Shown here piece after piece: positions 17,863 through 28,791 of a DNA stretch of 51,863 nt; position 1 is the stretch's first letter, and each line of letters starts with the position of its first letter. A program made the translations under genes and the position numbers. The notes under the pieces are model-generated. The model saw nothing but the letters and a program-made list of their open reading frames with translations. It was not told where the DNA came from and made no database searches. The DNA comes from an uncultured Erysipelotrichaceae bacterium (lineage in GTDB: Bacteria; Bacillota_I; Bacilli_A; RF39; UBA660): positions 1 through 51,863 of the forward strand of contig CACZQK010000019.1 in NCBI GenBank assembly GCA_902783315.1. Direction: 5' to 3'.

Positions 17863-19791
17863 CTATCTAAATACATATTTATAATAATCATTATATTGCA
17901 TAGCAACAGATATATTATATTTTTCATTTACTTCGTTTGTAATTTTCGTAATATATTTATCATCAATTGATTCTACATATGGAGTAAATCTTGAAGTTTC
18001 TACATCATAGCTTCCTTTATTATTTACCCAACTTCTATCTGGAAATACAACTAATCCATCATGATTTTGAGCCATTATATCTCTTCCAATCATTAATCTA
18101 GAGTCATAAGGAATATTCAACATATTTAATACCGTTGGTAAAACATCAATGTTCATAGCATATTTATCAATTTTATCATTCCCTTTATAAACACTATTAT
18201 AAATAATAAGAGACCCCCTATTTCGATCAAACTTATTATCTCTATCAATTTTTGAAACACTATTAACTTCTTTATTTGAAAGATAATAAGGAGAATGATC
18301 ACTAGAAATAACAATTAAAGTATCATTAAGTTTACCAGAATTTTTTAATTTTGTTATTAATTGATTCATTGCCAAATCAAAATCTATATTAGCAGCTATA
18401 TAATATTTAATTTGTGATGAATATGGAAGATTTTTGACTTTATCTAAATGTTTTTCAGCAACAAAATTACTTGAATCATATGATCCGTGACCACTCAAAG
18501 TAATATAATAAGCAAAAAAGCGATCTTGATTAATAAAATCATCAATTGTTTGATCCATCATATCCATATCACTACCATGAAAGAATTCACACTTCATATT
18601 AATTCCTTCATTACAATATCTATGACCATCAAAATCAAGAGTACTAAAATAAGTACTTCTTCTATTATAGTAACCAACATAATCATGGTATACATAAGTT
18701 TTATAAGAATACTTTTTTAATACTCTTGGTAAAATATATGGATTAACATTATATACCATATCAATTAAACTATAATCTTCACCAATAATTGGTAATGTTG
18801 CCCATTCAAGCATATATTCCCCATCAGCAGTAGATGCTGGATACTTAGGAGAAAAATAATTATTAAAAACAATACCTTCATTTTTTAATTTATAAAGAGT
18901 TGGTGTTAGTTCAGGATTAATTGCTATCTCATCAAAAGATTCTGCTAATATAAAAATTACATTTTTTTCTTGAAATAATCCCGTAAATTTATTTTGTTCA
19001 GTTGGTTCTTGATTATTAAAATAATTATGTAAATTTTTAATTGTTTCGTTTGTCTCTTTTTCTGCTAACTGCTTTAAATCAATACTATTATTAATATTAT
19101 ATTTTTGCTCTACTTTATCCACTAAAAAAGTCCTTTTATTAATTAAAATATCTTCTTCTGGTAAAATTTTGGGATTAAAACCAAATATTTTTCTTTCTAA
19201 ACTTAGCATTGCAGTAGAAAATAATCCCATTTTATGAACAGACTGAATTGGCACATTTTTTAAATGCACGATATTATAAAGACTGTTCTCATTATTTCTA
19301 TTAACAAATTCTATTGAAAAAACAGTATATAAGGCACACACAATCATAAACATAGATAATAACAAAGTATCATAGTGATTTATTTTTTTTACTTTAGGAA
19401 TTTTTATTAAAAAAACAACAGTTGGAATTACAAATAAAAGTATATATAAAGTATTTTGAAATATCGTTAAAAGTATTTTGTCATATCCATCTTTCAATAC
19501 ACCAGCAAACTGTATTCCATTAAAACTAAAAAAAGATTCATAGATACTATAATAAACTAGCTCTGCTGAAAATATTAATACTGTCATTCCACATATTGCT
19601 CTCATAATAATAGTATTAACTTTCTCATTTTTAAATAAAGATGAAACAATCGTTAAAGGCCAAGCTATAATAATAGAAACAAAAAATATAAATAAAGTTG
19701 ATGATAAAGAAAAAGATTTAAAACAAGCAATATGAAAAACTATTTCCATATATAATAAAAATAATATGTACATAATAAATGTTTTTCGCAT
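17863..19791 (-). CDS. LTA synthase-family sulfatase-fold membrane protein
   Basis: About five N-terminal TM helices, NVIFILAES, STADGE (catalytic Thr), SGH, SDH, IDVLPTV. Confidence 0.88.
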   Translation of the reverse strand: MRKTFIMYILFLLYMEIVFHIACFKSFSLSSTLFIFFVSIIIAWPLTIVSSLFKNEKVNTIIMRAICGMTVLIFSAELVYYSIYESFFSFNGIQFAGVLKDGYDKILLTIFQNTLYILLFVIPTVVFLIKIPKVKKINHYDTLLLSMFMIVCALYTVFSIEFVNRNNENSLYNIVHLKNVPIQSVHKMGLFSTAMLSLERKIFGFNPKILPEEDILINKRTFLVDKVEQKYNINNSIDLKQLAEKETNETIKNLHNYFNNQEPTEQNKFTGLFQEKNVIFILAESFDEIAINPELTPTLYKLKNEGIVFNNYFSPKYPASTADGEYMLEWATLPIIGEDYSLIDMVYNVNPYILPRVLKKYSYKTYVYHDYVGYYNRRSTYFSTLDFDGHRYCNEGINMKCEFFHGSDMDMMDQTIDDFINQDRFFAYYITLSGHGSYDSSNFVAEKHLDKVKNLPYSSQIKYYIAANIDFDLAMNQLITKLKNSGKLNDTLIVISSDHSPYYLSNKEVNSVSKIDRDNKFDRNRGSLIIYNSVYKGNDKIDKYAMNIDVLPTVLNMLNIPYDSRLMIGRDIMAQNHDGLVVFPDRSWVNNKGSYDVETSRFTPYVESIDDKYITKITNEVNEKYNISVAMQYNDYYKYVFR

Positions 19792-20021
19792 TTTTTCACC
19801 TACTATACTTACAATAACATTTTAAATTTTATTTAAATATTTATAAACATTTTTTTATTTTTTTTTACTAATTTTACATTTGCTTTACTAATTTATTTAT
19901 AAAAATTTATCAAAAAAAAATAAAGACAAAAAATCTTTATTTAAAAAATGTTAACCCTTCAATAGTAGATATGAATTACCATCAAATGATAAATAGCTAG
20001 ATCCCAAAATTTGAATAAAAT

Positions 20022-20447
20022 TTACCCTCCAAAACCAATAGTATCCATAACTTTATAAACATCACCATTTTCATCAAAATAAATAAAGTAATAGTGTTTT
20101 TGATAATCAGGCATGATAGGTCCATTATCAGTATAAATATAATAGCCTATCATACCTGATTCACCATCTTGAAGAAAACCCGCATCAAATTTACCATATT
20201 TATCTACAATTACTTTAATATTAGAATGAAGAACAAACCAATCATTAAACTTATAATAAGTAGCATGTGACAAAAAAAACAATTGCACTAGCATAAATAA
20301 AAATATATTAGTAACTAACAAAAAAATTTCTATTTTTATAGAACAATACTTTTTCTTTTTTACTATCAACAATATAAAAAAAAATATAAAAAAAAGAAGA
20401 ACACCAAAAACAAGAAACTCAATAATTGCAATGTGCCAAGGACTCAT
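20022..20447 (-). CDS. Hypothetical membrane protein
   Basis: Two hydrophobic segments followed by a small soluble domain; GTG start. Confidence 0.65.
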   Translation of the reverse strand: MSPWHIAIIEFLVFGVLLFFIFFFILLIVKKKKYCSIKIEIFLLVTNIFLFMLVQLFFLSHATYYKFNDWFVLHSNIKVIVDKYGKFDAGFLQDGESGMIGYYIYTDNGPIMPDYQKHYYFIYFDENGDVYKVMDTIGFGG

Positions 20448-20465
20448 TCACAACACCCACCAAAA

Positions 20466-21071
20466 TTAATATCCATATCTCAACACTTCGAAAGTAGTAT
20501 TACGAGCCAAACCAAATTGAGATGCTTCAGCCTCAGTAGAAAATAATAAGTCAAACAAATATCTTCTTCCAATACCTATATCCCCACCACGATCTAAAAC
20601 GATTACATGAAACGTTCCTATTTTGCTATCTACAACGCGAACAACAGTTCCATAAGGATATTTTTTATCACCAGCAACAATCCGAAGGATTCCATACTTG
20701 GGATCATTATATACAAGTTGATTTTCTAATGCAGGATAACCAGAACCAACTCTTCCAGAACATCCAGAACAATCAAGCCCATAAGCAGACATAGTACCAA
20801 CTTGTGTTTCTAAAACATCAGAAACCACACTAGCCCCAGCAGTCTGATAAAACATCTCCTTTTTCAGAGTATAAACAGCATCACTTAATTTATTACTTTC
20901 TTCAAAGGAACTTACTTGAATTTCATCAGACTCAATTCCATAAAAAAGATTAGTAGTAATACTTTTTGGTACAACAGAAGAAGAAAGTCTCATTTTACTA
21001 GGCCTCATAAAAATAATACCCACAATCATAAAAATCAAAAAGAAATTAAATGTTATAAAAAACCTTTTCAT
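20466..21071 (-). CDS. 3D-domain cell-wall hydrolase-like protein
   Basis: SAY, DCSGCSG, IVAGD, YGT, VLDRGG, FDLL; N-terminal anchor. Confidence 0.85.
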   Translation of the reverse strand: MKRFFITFNFFLIFMIVGIIFMRPSKMRLSSSVVPKSITTNLFYGIESDEIQVSSFEESNKLSDAVYTLKKEMFYQTAGASVVSDVLETQVGTMSAYGLDCSGCSGRVGSGYPALENQLVYNDPKYGILRIVAGDKKYPYGTVVRVVDSKIGTFHVIVLDRGGDIGIGRRYLFDLLFSTEAEASQFGLARNTTFEVLRYGY

Positions 21072-21108
21072 AAAAACTCCTTAAAAACATTAGAATTTCA
21101 ATACCGTT

Positions 21109-22020
21109 TTATTTTTGTCTAGTACAAGTATATCCAGAAGATTTCATACTTCTCTCAATTAAATCAATATCTTGACCATATTGATATTCAGGATAATTTC
21201 CACCCGCCTCAGAAAAGGCAGCATTTAAAGAACTCAAATCAACATTAGCAAGATCAAAAGTTTGCTTTTCAATTAACTTTCCTGTAGAATACTCACAACG
21301 AATATAAATTCCATCTGCTCCACTCAAATCATCTTTTAACTGATTACAAATAGAAGCAACATTATTTAATGTTTCCTCATCTTCCGTTGGATTTCCTTTG
21401 GTCGTAATCACAAAGTCCGTCTTTACTAACTTATTATCTTTAAAACGGAAGGACAAATCATAATTTTTATCTAAACTAGCCGTATTAGTTTTTAAAGAGC
21501 ACATCATACTTCCGGTAGTAATTTTTTCTTCTACTTTATTATAGGCACCAGACTTATATAAATTAATCATAGAGGTTATTTCAGGTAAAAAAATAATAAA
21601 AGCTAGTAAAATAATAAAAGCAAAAGCTAAGAATATCATCTTTCCTTTACTAGGAGATGTATACTCAATATCTACTTTCTTTTGATTTTCTAAATTAGTA
21701 TTTTGCTCCTGACTAGAAGAAGTATTATTCACAACATTACCAGTTTGTAAAAAAGCATTATCAATACGATTCACAAGATTATTAGATGTTGGATTAGAAT
21801 TGCCAACAAAATTATTTACTGATTGAGGAGGAATATTTCCTAAATTATTAGCCGGATTTACAGTAGGTACAGAATTATTATTTGAAACAATAGTATTATC
21901 CACTGGTTGGGAAGAAACATTTTCTAAATTACCAACTGGATTTACTGTAGGTATAGAACCGTTATTTTGTATATTACCTTGTGCATTATTATTATCTAAA
22001 TTATTATTCAACAAAATCAA
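21109..22020 (-). CDS. Hypothetical single-pass membrane protein with Asn/Pro-rich N-terminal repeats
   Basis: Low-complexity N-terminus, TM helix, Cys-containing C-terminal domain; exact start uncertain. Confidence 0.75.
   Translation of the reverse strand: MILLNNNLDNNNAQGNIQNNGSIPTVNPVGNLENVSSQPVDNTIVSNNNSVPTVNPANNLGNIPPQSVNNFVGNSNPTSNNLVNRIDNAFLQTGNVVNNTSSSQEQNTNLENQKKVDIEYTSPSKGKMIFLAFAFIILLAFIIFLPEITSMINLYKSGAYNKVEEKITTGSMMCSLKTNTASLDKNYDLSFRFKDNKLVKTDFVITTKGNPTEDEETLNNVASICNQLKDDLSGADGIYIRCEYSTGKLIEKQTFDLANVDLSSLNAAFSEAGGNYPEYQYGQDIDLIERSMKSSGYTCTRQK
21799..21966 (-). repeat. Two imperfect 84-bp (28-aa) tandem repeats
   Basis: NNGSIPTVNPVGNLENVSSQPVDNTIVS / NNNSVPTVNPANNLGNIPPQSVNNFVGN. 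Confidence 0.75.
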
Positions 22021-22059
22021 CTCCTACTATTAATTATAAAATGATTATAACATAAAACT

Positions 22060-22689
22060 CTATCTCAAACTAGATATTTTTTCTTGAAAATCTAAAGCAT
22101 TAGTAATATAACTACCAGAAGTCAAAATATCAGCATCATAACACAAATCTTTAGTTTGATCATTTACTCCACCATCCACATTAATCAAAATGGTAAAATG
22201 GTAAGAATTAATTAACTGCTTTAATTCCTTAATTTTTTTCTCTGTTTCTGGAATAAATAATTGTCCACCCATACCAGGAGCAACACCCATTACAATAACA
22301 ACATCCAAATAAGGTAAATACGGAATCAGATTATTTACTTTTGTTTCAGGATTAATAGCTAATCCACACCCAATAGAATAACTTTTAATTTTTTCTAAAT
22401 TAGAGATAATATCTTCATCACTTTCAATATGAAAGGTCATAAACTCCGTATTCAACTCAGCAAAAAGCGGAATATATTTTGATGGCTTTTTAACCATCAA
22501 ATGAACATCTAATCTCTTAGAAGTATATTCACCAATATGTTTCATCTCAGAAAAAGGAAGAGTTTTATTAGAAACAAACTTTCCATCCATAAAATCAACA
22601 TGAATATAATCAACATCCGTAGTATTCAATTTTATTAAATCACTGGGTATGTTCTTACTAGATAAAAAGGTAGCACTAACTTTTTTCAT
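22060..22689 (-). CDS. rpe: Ribulose-phosphate 3-epimerase
   Basis: HVDFMDGKFV, DVHLMV, MGVAPGMGGQ, VDGG. Confidence 0.94.
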   Translation of the reverse strand: MKKVSATFLSSKNIPSDLIKLNTTDVDYIHVDFMDGKFVSNKTLPFSEMKHIGEYTSKRLDVHLMVKKPSKYIPLFAELNTEFMTFHIESDEDIISNLEKIKSYSIGCGLAINPETKVNNLIPYLPYLDVVIVMGVAPGMGGQLFIPETEKKIKELKQLINSYHFTILINVDGGVNDQTKDLCYDADILTSGSYITNALDFQEKISSLR

Positions 22690-23518
22690 TTGAATCAACT
22701 CCTATAAACTTAAGATAATTAAAATAACGACTTTCTAAAATATCATGCGAATGAACATGAGACTTTACACAACACTCACTTTCGTTTGTATGACTACAAT
22801 CTAAAAATGGACAAGGATATTTTGAAAACTCTACAAAGGCTTTTTTTATTTGCTCAGTACTGTAGTTTTTTAACTCCAAAGAAGAAAAACCCGGAGTATC
22901 CATAACTTTACCACCTAAAAAAGAAAACAACTCAACAACTCGAGTAGTATGTTTACCTCTACCTAAAGCCATCGAAATTTCCCCAGTATTTAAATTCCAA
23001 TCTGGATTTATCTTATTTAGCAAAGTTGATTTTCCCGCTCCTGTTTGTCCTGTAAAAACACTAGTTTTATTATCAATTAGTTTTTTTATAGCAGAAATAT
23101 CCATATTAGATACTACTGTATATCCTAACTCTTCATAATATTTCAAAACTAACCTAATATCCTTTAATTCCTCCTCACTTACTAAATCTTCTTTAGTAAT
23201 ACAAATAATTGGTATAACATGATTAATCTCCATAAGTACTAAAAACTTATCTAATAAATTAAGAGAAAAATTTGGATATTTTAAACTAGTAATTAAAAAA
23301 GCTTGATCAACATTACTTACTTTAGGCCTATCAAAGAAATTCTTTCGTGGTAATACCTTTTCAATAAGCAACTTATCTTTCTGAAAAAGAACATAGTCCC
23401 CTACTACAGGAACAATATGTTCTTTTCGAAAAACACCACGGCACTTACAAGGATAAACTTTATTTTCATAATTAATATAATGCAAATCACTGCTTATCTT
23501 TATAATTTGTCCTTTCAC
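22676..23518 (-). CDS. rsgA: Ribosome small subunit-dependent GTPase A
   Basis: TKED, GQTGAGKS, GKHTTR, DTPG, C-terminal C-x4-C-x-H-x5-C. Confidence 0.95.
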   Translation of the reverse strand: MKGQIIKISSDLHYINYENKVYPCKCRGVFRKEHIVPVVGDYVLFQKDKLLIEKVLPRKNFFDRPKVSNVDQAFLITSLKYPNFSLNLLDKFLVLMEINHVIPIICITKEDLVSEEELKDIRLVLKYYEELGYTVVSNMDISAIKKLIDNKTSVFTGQTGAGKSTLLNKINPDWNLNTGEISMALGRGKHTTRVVELFSFLGGKVMDTPGFSSLELKNYSTEQIKKAFVEFSKYPCPFLDCSHTNESECCVKSHVHSHDILESRYFNYLKFIGVDSNEKS

Positions 23519-25363
23519 TTAGTTTCCTTCCTTATCTTTATCAGTTTCTTCATCCTTTTGAGTTTGATTAGTATCTTTATTATCTTTTTCTGGAGTAACC
23601 TCAGGAGTAGGATTAGGTTGTGGTGTTGGCTTAGCCTTTGGTTTAATAGCAACCGTTACCCGAAGTGTCATACCCTTTGTAATTTCCCGATTCTTTGGTA
23701 AGTTTTGTGAAATAATAGTTCCTTCAGAATAAGCCGTCGTTTCTTCTTCTTTTGTTTCCAAATTTAAGCCATATTTATTACAAAAAGCTTCAACATCGCT
23801 TAAATTCCATTTTTCTTCTACCATATCTGGAATTTTTTCCACAATATTAGGAACATATAAAATAAGAGAATCCCCTTTTTTCACTTCACTTCCAGCTGCT
23901 AAAGATTGCCCAATAATTTCATCATCATCATATTCTTTAGTACCATCACTTACTTCTTTTTTTTCGATAGTAACAGTAAGCCCGTACTTTGTCTCTAATA
24001 ATGTTTTAACAGAATTAGCATTTTGTTTAGTATAATCTTCTAATTTAATAATTTCTTCACCCTTAGATTTATAAATGGTGACTTTCGTTCCCTTCTTTAC
24101 ACTTCTACCTTTAGCAGGATCGGTTTTTACGACACGATTCTTTTCAATATCAGAAGAAGATATACTTTTAATTTTTGTATTAACTTCAAAACCAACTTTC
24201 TGTAATTTTTTTTCACAAGCCGTTACCTTCAAATTTTTGCAATCTGGTACAGTTACAGCCTTACCATTAGAAGCTTTTGGAACAATAAAGAAAATAATTA
24301 ACAGTAAAAGAACAATACTACAAAATACAATAGACAAAATAATGATAACTTTCTTATTCTTTTTTTCTTCCAAGTCTTCAATCTTTTCAGCAAGATCAAT
24401 TTTATTTGTATCTTCCCCAATTGCTTCAAGTTTAGCGTCTTCCTCTTTATCTTGTTCCTTTATTTCTTCTTTCCTTGTCTTCTTACCTTCGTTTTCACTT
24501 TCAGGATATTTATATTGATAAACTTCTTCATTCATTCGCTCATCATTTAAAGCTGTCAGCAAATCCTCATGCATACTTCTAGCACTTTCATAACGATTTT
24601 TTGGATTTTTAGCTGTAGCTTTTCGAATAATATTTTCAATACTTTGAGGAATGGAAGGATTATCTTCTCTTAAACTTGGAAGTGGATCTCTCATATGTTT
24701 TAAAGCAATTTCTACAGCATTATCACCACGAAATGGTAAAGAGCCAGATAAAAGTTCATAAAAAATAATTCCCATAGAATAGATATCGCTCTTTATAGTG
24801 CATCCTTTTCCACTAGCCTGCTCAGGAGGTAAATAGTGAACGCTTCCCATAACAGAATTAGTTTGTGTAAGCTGCGTTGAATTTAAAGCCATAGCAATCC
24901 CAAAATCTGTAATCTTAATTTGTCCATCATCTTTAATCATAATATTTTGTGGTTTCAAATCCCGATGAATAATATAAGAATCATGGGCATGAGCCATACC
25001 ATCTGTCAATTGACTCATAATATCAATAGCTTCACTAAGAGTTAGCGTACCACGTTTTTTCAAAAGTTGCTTTAATGTCTTTCCATCCACATATTCCATA
25101 ACAATATAATATGTGCCATCATCCTCTCCAACATCATACATTTCAACAATATTAGGATGAGCTAAACTAGAAGCAGAAAGAGCCTCTCTTTGAAACCTTC
25201 TAACAAATTTTTCATCATTGGATAAATCTCCACGCAAAACCTTAATGGCTACATTACGATCAAGTATTGTATCATACCCAAGATATACATTAGCCATTCC
25301 GCCTTCACCAATTGATCGAATAACTTCATAACGATCATTTATTGTTTGGCCCTTTGTAATCAC
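23519..25363 (-). CDS. prkC: PASTA-domain Ser/Thr protein kinase (PrkC/PknB)
   Basis: GEGGMA, HRDLKPQN, DFG, TM helix, three PASTA-like repeats. Confidence 0.96.
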   Translation of the reverse strand: MITKGQTINDRYEVIRSIGEGGMANVYLGYDTILDRNVAIKVLRGDLSNDEKFVRRFQREALSASSLAHPNIVEMYDVGEDDGTYYIVMEYVDGKTLKQLLKKRGTLTLSEAIDIMSQLTDGMAHAHDSYIIHRDLKPQNIMIKDDGQIKITDFGIAMALNSTQLTQTNSVMGSVHYLPPEQASGKGCTIKSDIYSMGIIFYELLSGSLPFRGDNAVEIALKHMRDPLPSLREDNPSIPQSIENIIRKATAKNPKNRYESARSMHEDLLTALNDERMNEEVYQYKYPESENEGKKTRKEEIKEQDKEEDAKLEAIGEDTNKIDLAEKIEDLEEKKNKKVIIILSIVFCSIVLLLLIIFFIVPKASNGKAVTVPDCKNLKVTACEKKLQKVGFEVNTKIKSISSSDIEKNRVVKTDPAKGRSVKKGTKVTIYKSKGEEIIKLEDYTKQNANSVKTLLETKYGLTVTIEKKEVSDGTKEYDDDEIIGQSLAAGSEVKKGDSLILYVPNIVEKIPDMVEEKWNLSDVEAFCNKYGLNLETKEEETTAYSEGTIISQNLPKNREITKGMTLRVTVAIKPKAKPTPQPNPTPEVTPEKDNKDTNQTQKDEETDKDKEGN

Positions 25364-26103
25364 TTATCTTCACCTTCTTCAAGAACTAAATAAGCAACCG
25401 AAACATTATCAATTCCACCCCTATTATTTGCCTTTTGAATTAACTTAGAAACTTTGTCCTCAACACTACCATCTCCCAAAAGAACTTTTTCAATCTGTTC
25501 TCTCTCTAGCATACCTGTAAGCCCATCGCTAGACAATAGTATTTCAGAAATATCCATATCACAATCAAAAATATCAACATCAACTTCTACGGATGCACCT
25601 AATGCCTTCATTAATACATTTTTCTTAGGATGAACACTAGCTTCTTCCTTAGTCAATTCTCCAGCACTAACAAGCAAATTGACTAAAGTATGATCATATG
25701 TTACTTTATGAAGTTTTGCATCTTTCATGACAAAACCACTAGAATCCCCAACATTTCCAAACAGCAAATACTCTTTTGTTAAAACAGCCATCACAAGCGT
25801 AGTTCCCATTCCTTTACTTTCAGGATGAGACTTCTCATGTTTAAAAATTAACGAATTAATTTCATTAACAGCATCACGAATCCAATTAACAGCATCTATC
25901 TTAGACATATTTCTAAATGTAGCTTTAAAATGCTTTTCTAAATAGTTAATAGCAATAGAACTAGCAACTTCCCCAGCAGAATGTCCTCCCATACCATCAG
26001 CTATAGCCATAAGATAATCATTTTCTGAATTTTTTATAATAATAACACTATCTTCATTATGCTTTCGTACAATCCCAGCATCCGTTAAATAAAAAGATTT
26101 CAT
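25360..26103 (-). CDS. prpC: PP2C-family Ser/Thr phosphatase
   Basis: NED, ADGMGGH, GTT, NVGDS, SDGL, GGIDN. Confidence 0.95.
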   Translation of the reverse strand: MKSFYLTDAGIVRKHNEDSVIIIKNSENDYLMAIADGMGGHSAGEVASSIAINYLEKHFKATFRNMSKIDAVNWIRDAVNEINSLIFKHEKSHPESKGMGTTLVMAVLTKEYLLFGNVGDSSGFVMKDAKLHKVTYDHTLVNLLVSAGELTKEEASVHPKKNVLMKALGASVEVDVDIFDCDMDISEILLSSDGLTGMLEREQIEKVLLGDGSVEDKVSKLIQKANNRGGIDNVSVAYLVLEEGEDK

Positions 26104-27122
26104 AACTCCTCCTTATTACTTCTAAGCTGTCCACAAGCAGCACTTATATTACTACCAAATTCTCTTCTTATTGTCACACCAATATTATTTTTCTTAAGTA
26201 TATCATAAAAGCGCATAATTTGGATAGTTTTTGTTCTTTTAAATTCCAAATTATTTGTTTCATTATAAGGAATCAAATTAACATAACAATTAATTTTCTT
26301 TACTAAATTAGCAAGTTCTAAAGCACATTCATCAGTATCATTAATATCTTTTAATAAAATATACTCAAAAGTAACTCTTCTATTAGTCTTTTCTAAATAT
26401 TTCTTTATAGCAGGAATCAATTTTTCTAAAGGATATGCCTTGTTAATTGGCATAATCTTATTACGTATCTCATTATTGGGAGCATGTAAACTAATAGCTA
26501 AATTAATCTGTAATGGAAAATCACCAAACTCCAATATTTTAGGAACTAAACCACAAGTACTAACAGTAATATGTCGTGCTCCTATTGCAAGGCCTTTAGG
26601 ATGATTAATAATTTGAAAAAACTTTTTTAAATTATCATAATTATCAAAGGGCTCACCAATCCCCATCACAACAACATGACTAATTCTCTTTTTTAAATAT
26701 TCTTCAATCATTAACAATTGTAAAACAAGCTCATGAACTTCTAAATTTCTAACTTTCTTTCTTCTACCAGATTCACAGAATTTACACCCCATATTACAAC
26801 CGACTTGACTAGAAATACAAACACTATTTCCATAATCATGATACATTAAAACAGCTTCAATATGTTCAGAATCTTCAAGTTCAAACAAAAATTTACAAGC
26901 ATCTATATCTTCCTGAACTTCCACAATCTTCAAATGATTAATAGAATAATCCAAACTTAAAGAATTTAGAATTTCTTTTTTTATATTTGTTATTTCATCA
27001 TATGCATAAATTCTTTTTTCATATAACCAAGAAAACAATTGAAGAGCATGAAATTTTTTTACTCCCTTACTCAAAAAATAGTTTTCTATTTCATCTAATG
27101 TTAACCCATAAATATTTTTCAT
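26100..27122 (-). CDS. rlmN: 23S rRNA m2A2503 / tRNA A37 methyltransferase
   Basis: CISSQVGCNMGCKFC, MGIGEP, ISLHA, AACGQL; start MKNIYG. Confidence 0.95.
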   Translation of the reverse strand: MKNIYGLTLDEIENYFLSKGVKKFHALQLFSWLYEKRIYAYDEITNIKKEILNSLSLDYSINHLKIVEVQEDIDACKFLFELEDSEHIEAVLMYHDYGNSVCISSQVGCNMGCKFCESGRRKKVRNLEVHELVLQLLMIEEYLKKRISHVVVMGIGEPFDNYDNLKKFFQIINHPKGLAIGARHITVSTCGLVPKILEFGDFPLQINLAISLHAPNNEIRNKIMPINKAYPLEKLIPAIKKYLEKTNRRVTFEYILLKDINDTDECALELANLVKKINCYVNLIPYNETNNLEFKRTKTIQIMRFYDILKKNNIGVTIRREFGSNISAACGQLRSNKEEL

Positions 27123-27168
27123 TTCACCACTTGCCATTTCTAATAATATTATACCGAAAAAAAGATAG

Positions 27169-27861
27169 TTAAACAATCGGATTATCGATTTTTTCTATCT
27201 TCCCAACTTCATCAAATTGAATATCTATTTTTAAACTTTTCATGCAATTTTGATTTAAAGAGCAATAACTATCTAACAAAAACAGAACTTGATTAACATT
27301 TTGATTTTCATCTGTACTTACGATAACTTGATTAGGTTCCTCTAAAAAATCACTTTCAATATTATAGATTTCTTTATTAATAGTATTAGTAGATAATAAA
27401 TAATTAAATGTCATCTTACCACTTTCATAACTTGTTTTTGAAAGATAACTAGCTAAATGAATTAAAAGTTCAATATTGTTAGAATTTAAAAATTCTGAAT
27501 AAAGATATGGACTCTCACATTTAGACCATATTTCATTTTCAACATAAAAATCATCTCCTACTCGATAATAATTTTTATTCATATATTGAAATGATTCAAC
27601 ATTTTTCATTTTTTCACCTTGATATTGGTAGATTTTGTCATCCAACGTAATAGTATAAGTAAAAGAATAGTTATCTCCTAATAAAAGTTTTGAAGAATAG
27701 TCAGTCGCAATTCCTCTTTCATAGTCCTCTGCTGTTGTATAGTCTTTCTTACCAAAAAACAAAATACAGACAATAATCAAAAAAAAGAAAGCATAAAATA
27801 TAAAAAACCAAATAGCTTTTCCCTTAGGATTTTCTTGAATTTCTTTAATTAAATCTTTCAT
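27169..27861 (-). CDS. Hypothetical membrane-anchored protein
   Basis: N-terminal TM helix, beta-rich soluble part; coupled to fmt. Confidence 0.75.
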   Translation of the reverse strand: MKDLIKEIQENPKGKAIWFFIFYAFFFLIIVCILFFGKKDYTTAEDYERGIATDYSSKLLLGDNYSFTYTITLDDKIYQYQGEKMKNVESFQYMNKNYYRVGDDFYVENEIWSKCESPYLYSEFLNSNNIELLIHLASYLSKTSYESGKMTFNYLLSTNTINKEIYNIESDFLEEPNQVIVSTDENQNVNQVLFLLDSYCSLNQNCMKSLKIDIQFDEVGKIEKIDNPIV

Positions 27862-28790
27862 TATATAAACACCTGACCAATAATCTTATCTTTTCCAACA
27901 CCATTAACATAACTACTAGCATCCATCATTTTTTTGCCAAATGGTTTCACTTTAGTAAGAAGGATAGAACCATCTCCAGTCACTACAACAATTCCCTCTT
28001 TTAATACTTCGACAATTTCTCCACAAACATGATTTAAATAATTTTTACTAAATAATCTACTTTCACATATTTTCATCTCTTGATCAAAAAGAATAGCATT
28101 AGCTGCCGGATTTGGTGACAATCCTCGAATTAAATTATAAACTTCTAAACTAGTTTTAGAAAAATCAATATGTTCCTCTTCTCTTTTGATATTATAAGCA
28201 TACGTTACTTCATCAGAATTTTGTTTAATTCTTTCATTAGTTCCATCTAAAATACTAGGAATTGTATCTAACAATAATTTTGCTCCTAAAAGACTAAGCT
28301 TATCATGCAAACTTTCTAAATTATCAGAATCTAATATTGGAATCTCACTTTGAGAAATAATATCTCCATCATCCATACCAACATCCATATACATAATAGT
28401 AATCCCTGTACTAGAATACCCTTCCATAATTGCTTTATGAATTGGTGCCCCTCCCCTAAGTTTTGGTAAAAGAGAGGCGTGAACATTAATACATCCAAAT
28501 TTTGGACAATCCAAAATAATTTTTGGTACAATTTGACCATAAGCACATGTAACAATCATATCGGGCTTAGAATCAAGTATTTTCTGATAATCAACCCGAA
28601 TTTTTTCTGGTTGAAAAACAGAAATATCATATTCTAATGCTAATTCTTTAATTGGAGACATCCTCAAATTTTGATGTCTCCCTATTTTTTTATCTGGTTG
28701 TGTAACAACCAAAACAACATCATAATTATCGATTAATCCTTGTAAAACTGGTACTGCAAAACTAGGAGTACCCATAAAAACAACTTTCAT
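27861..28790 (-). CDS. fmt: Methionyl-tRNA formyltransferase
   Basis: FMGTP-x-FA, VVTQPD, AYGQI, NVHASLLP-x2-RGGAPI. Confidence 0.97.
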   Translation of the reverse strand: MKVVFMGTPSFAVPVLQGLIDNYDVVLVVTQPDKKIGRHQNLRMSPIKELALEYDISVFQPEKIRVDYQKILDSKPDMIVTCAYGQIVPKIILDCPKFGCINVHASLLPKLRGGAPIHKAIMEGYSSTGITIMYMDVGMDDGDIISQSEIPILDSDNLESLHDKLSLLGAKLLLDTIPSILDGTNERIKQNSDEVTYAYNIKREEEHIDFSKTSLEVYNLIRGLSPNPAANAILFDQEMKICESRLFSKNYLNHVCGEIVEVLKEGIVVVTGDGSILLTKVKPFGKKMMDASSYVNGVGKDKIIGQVFI

Positions 28791-28791
28791 A

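Noticed and set aside
7407-28014. Additional TTCGACA (0A box) matches inside trxB, tex and fmt
   Set aside because: Isolated and within coding sequence; consistent with background frequency
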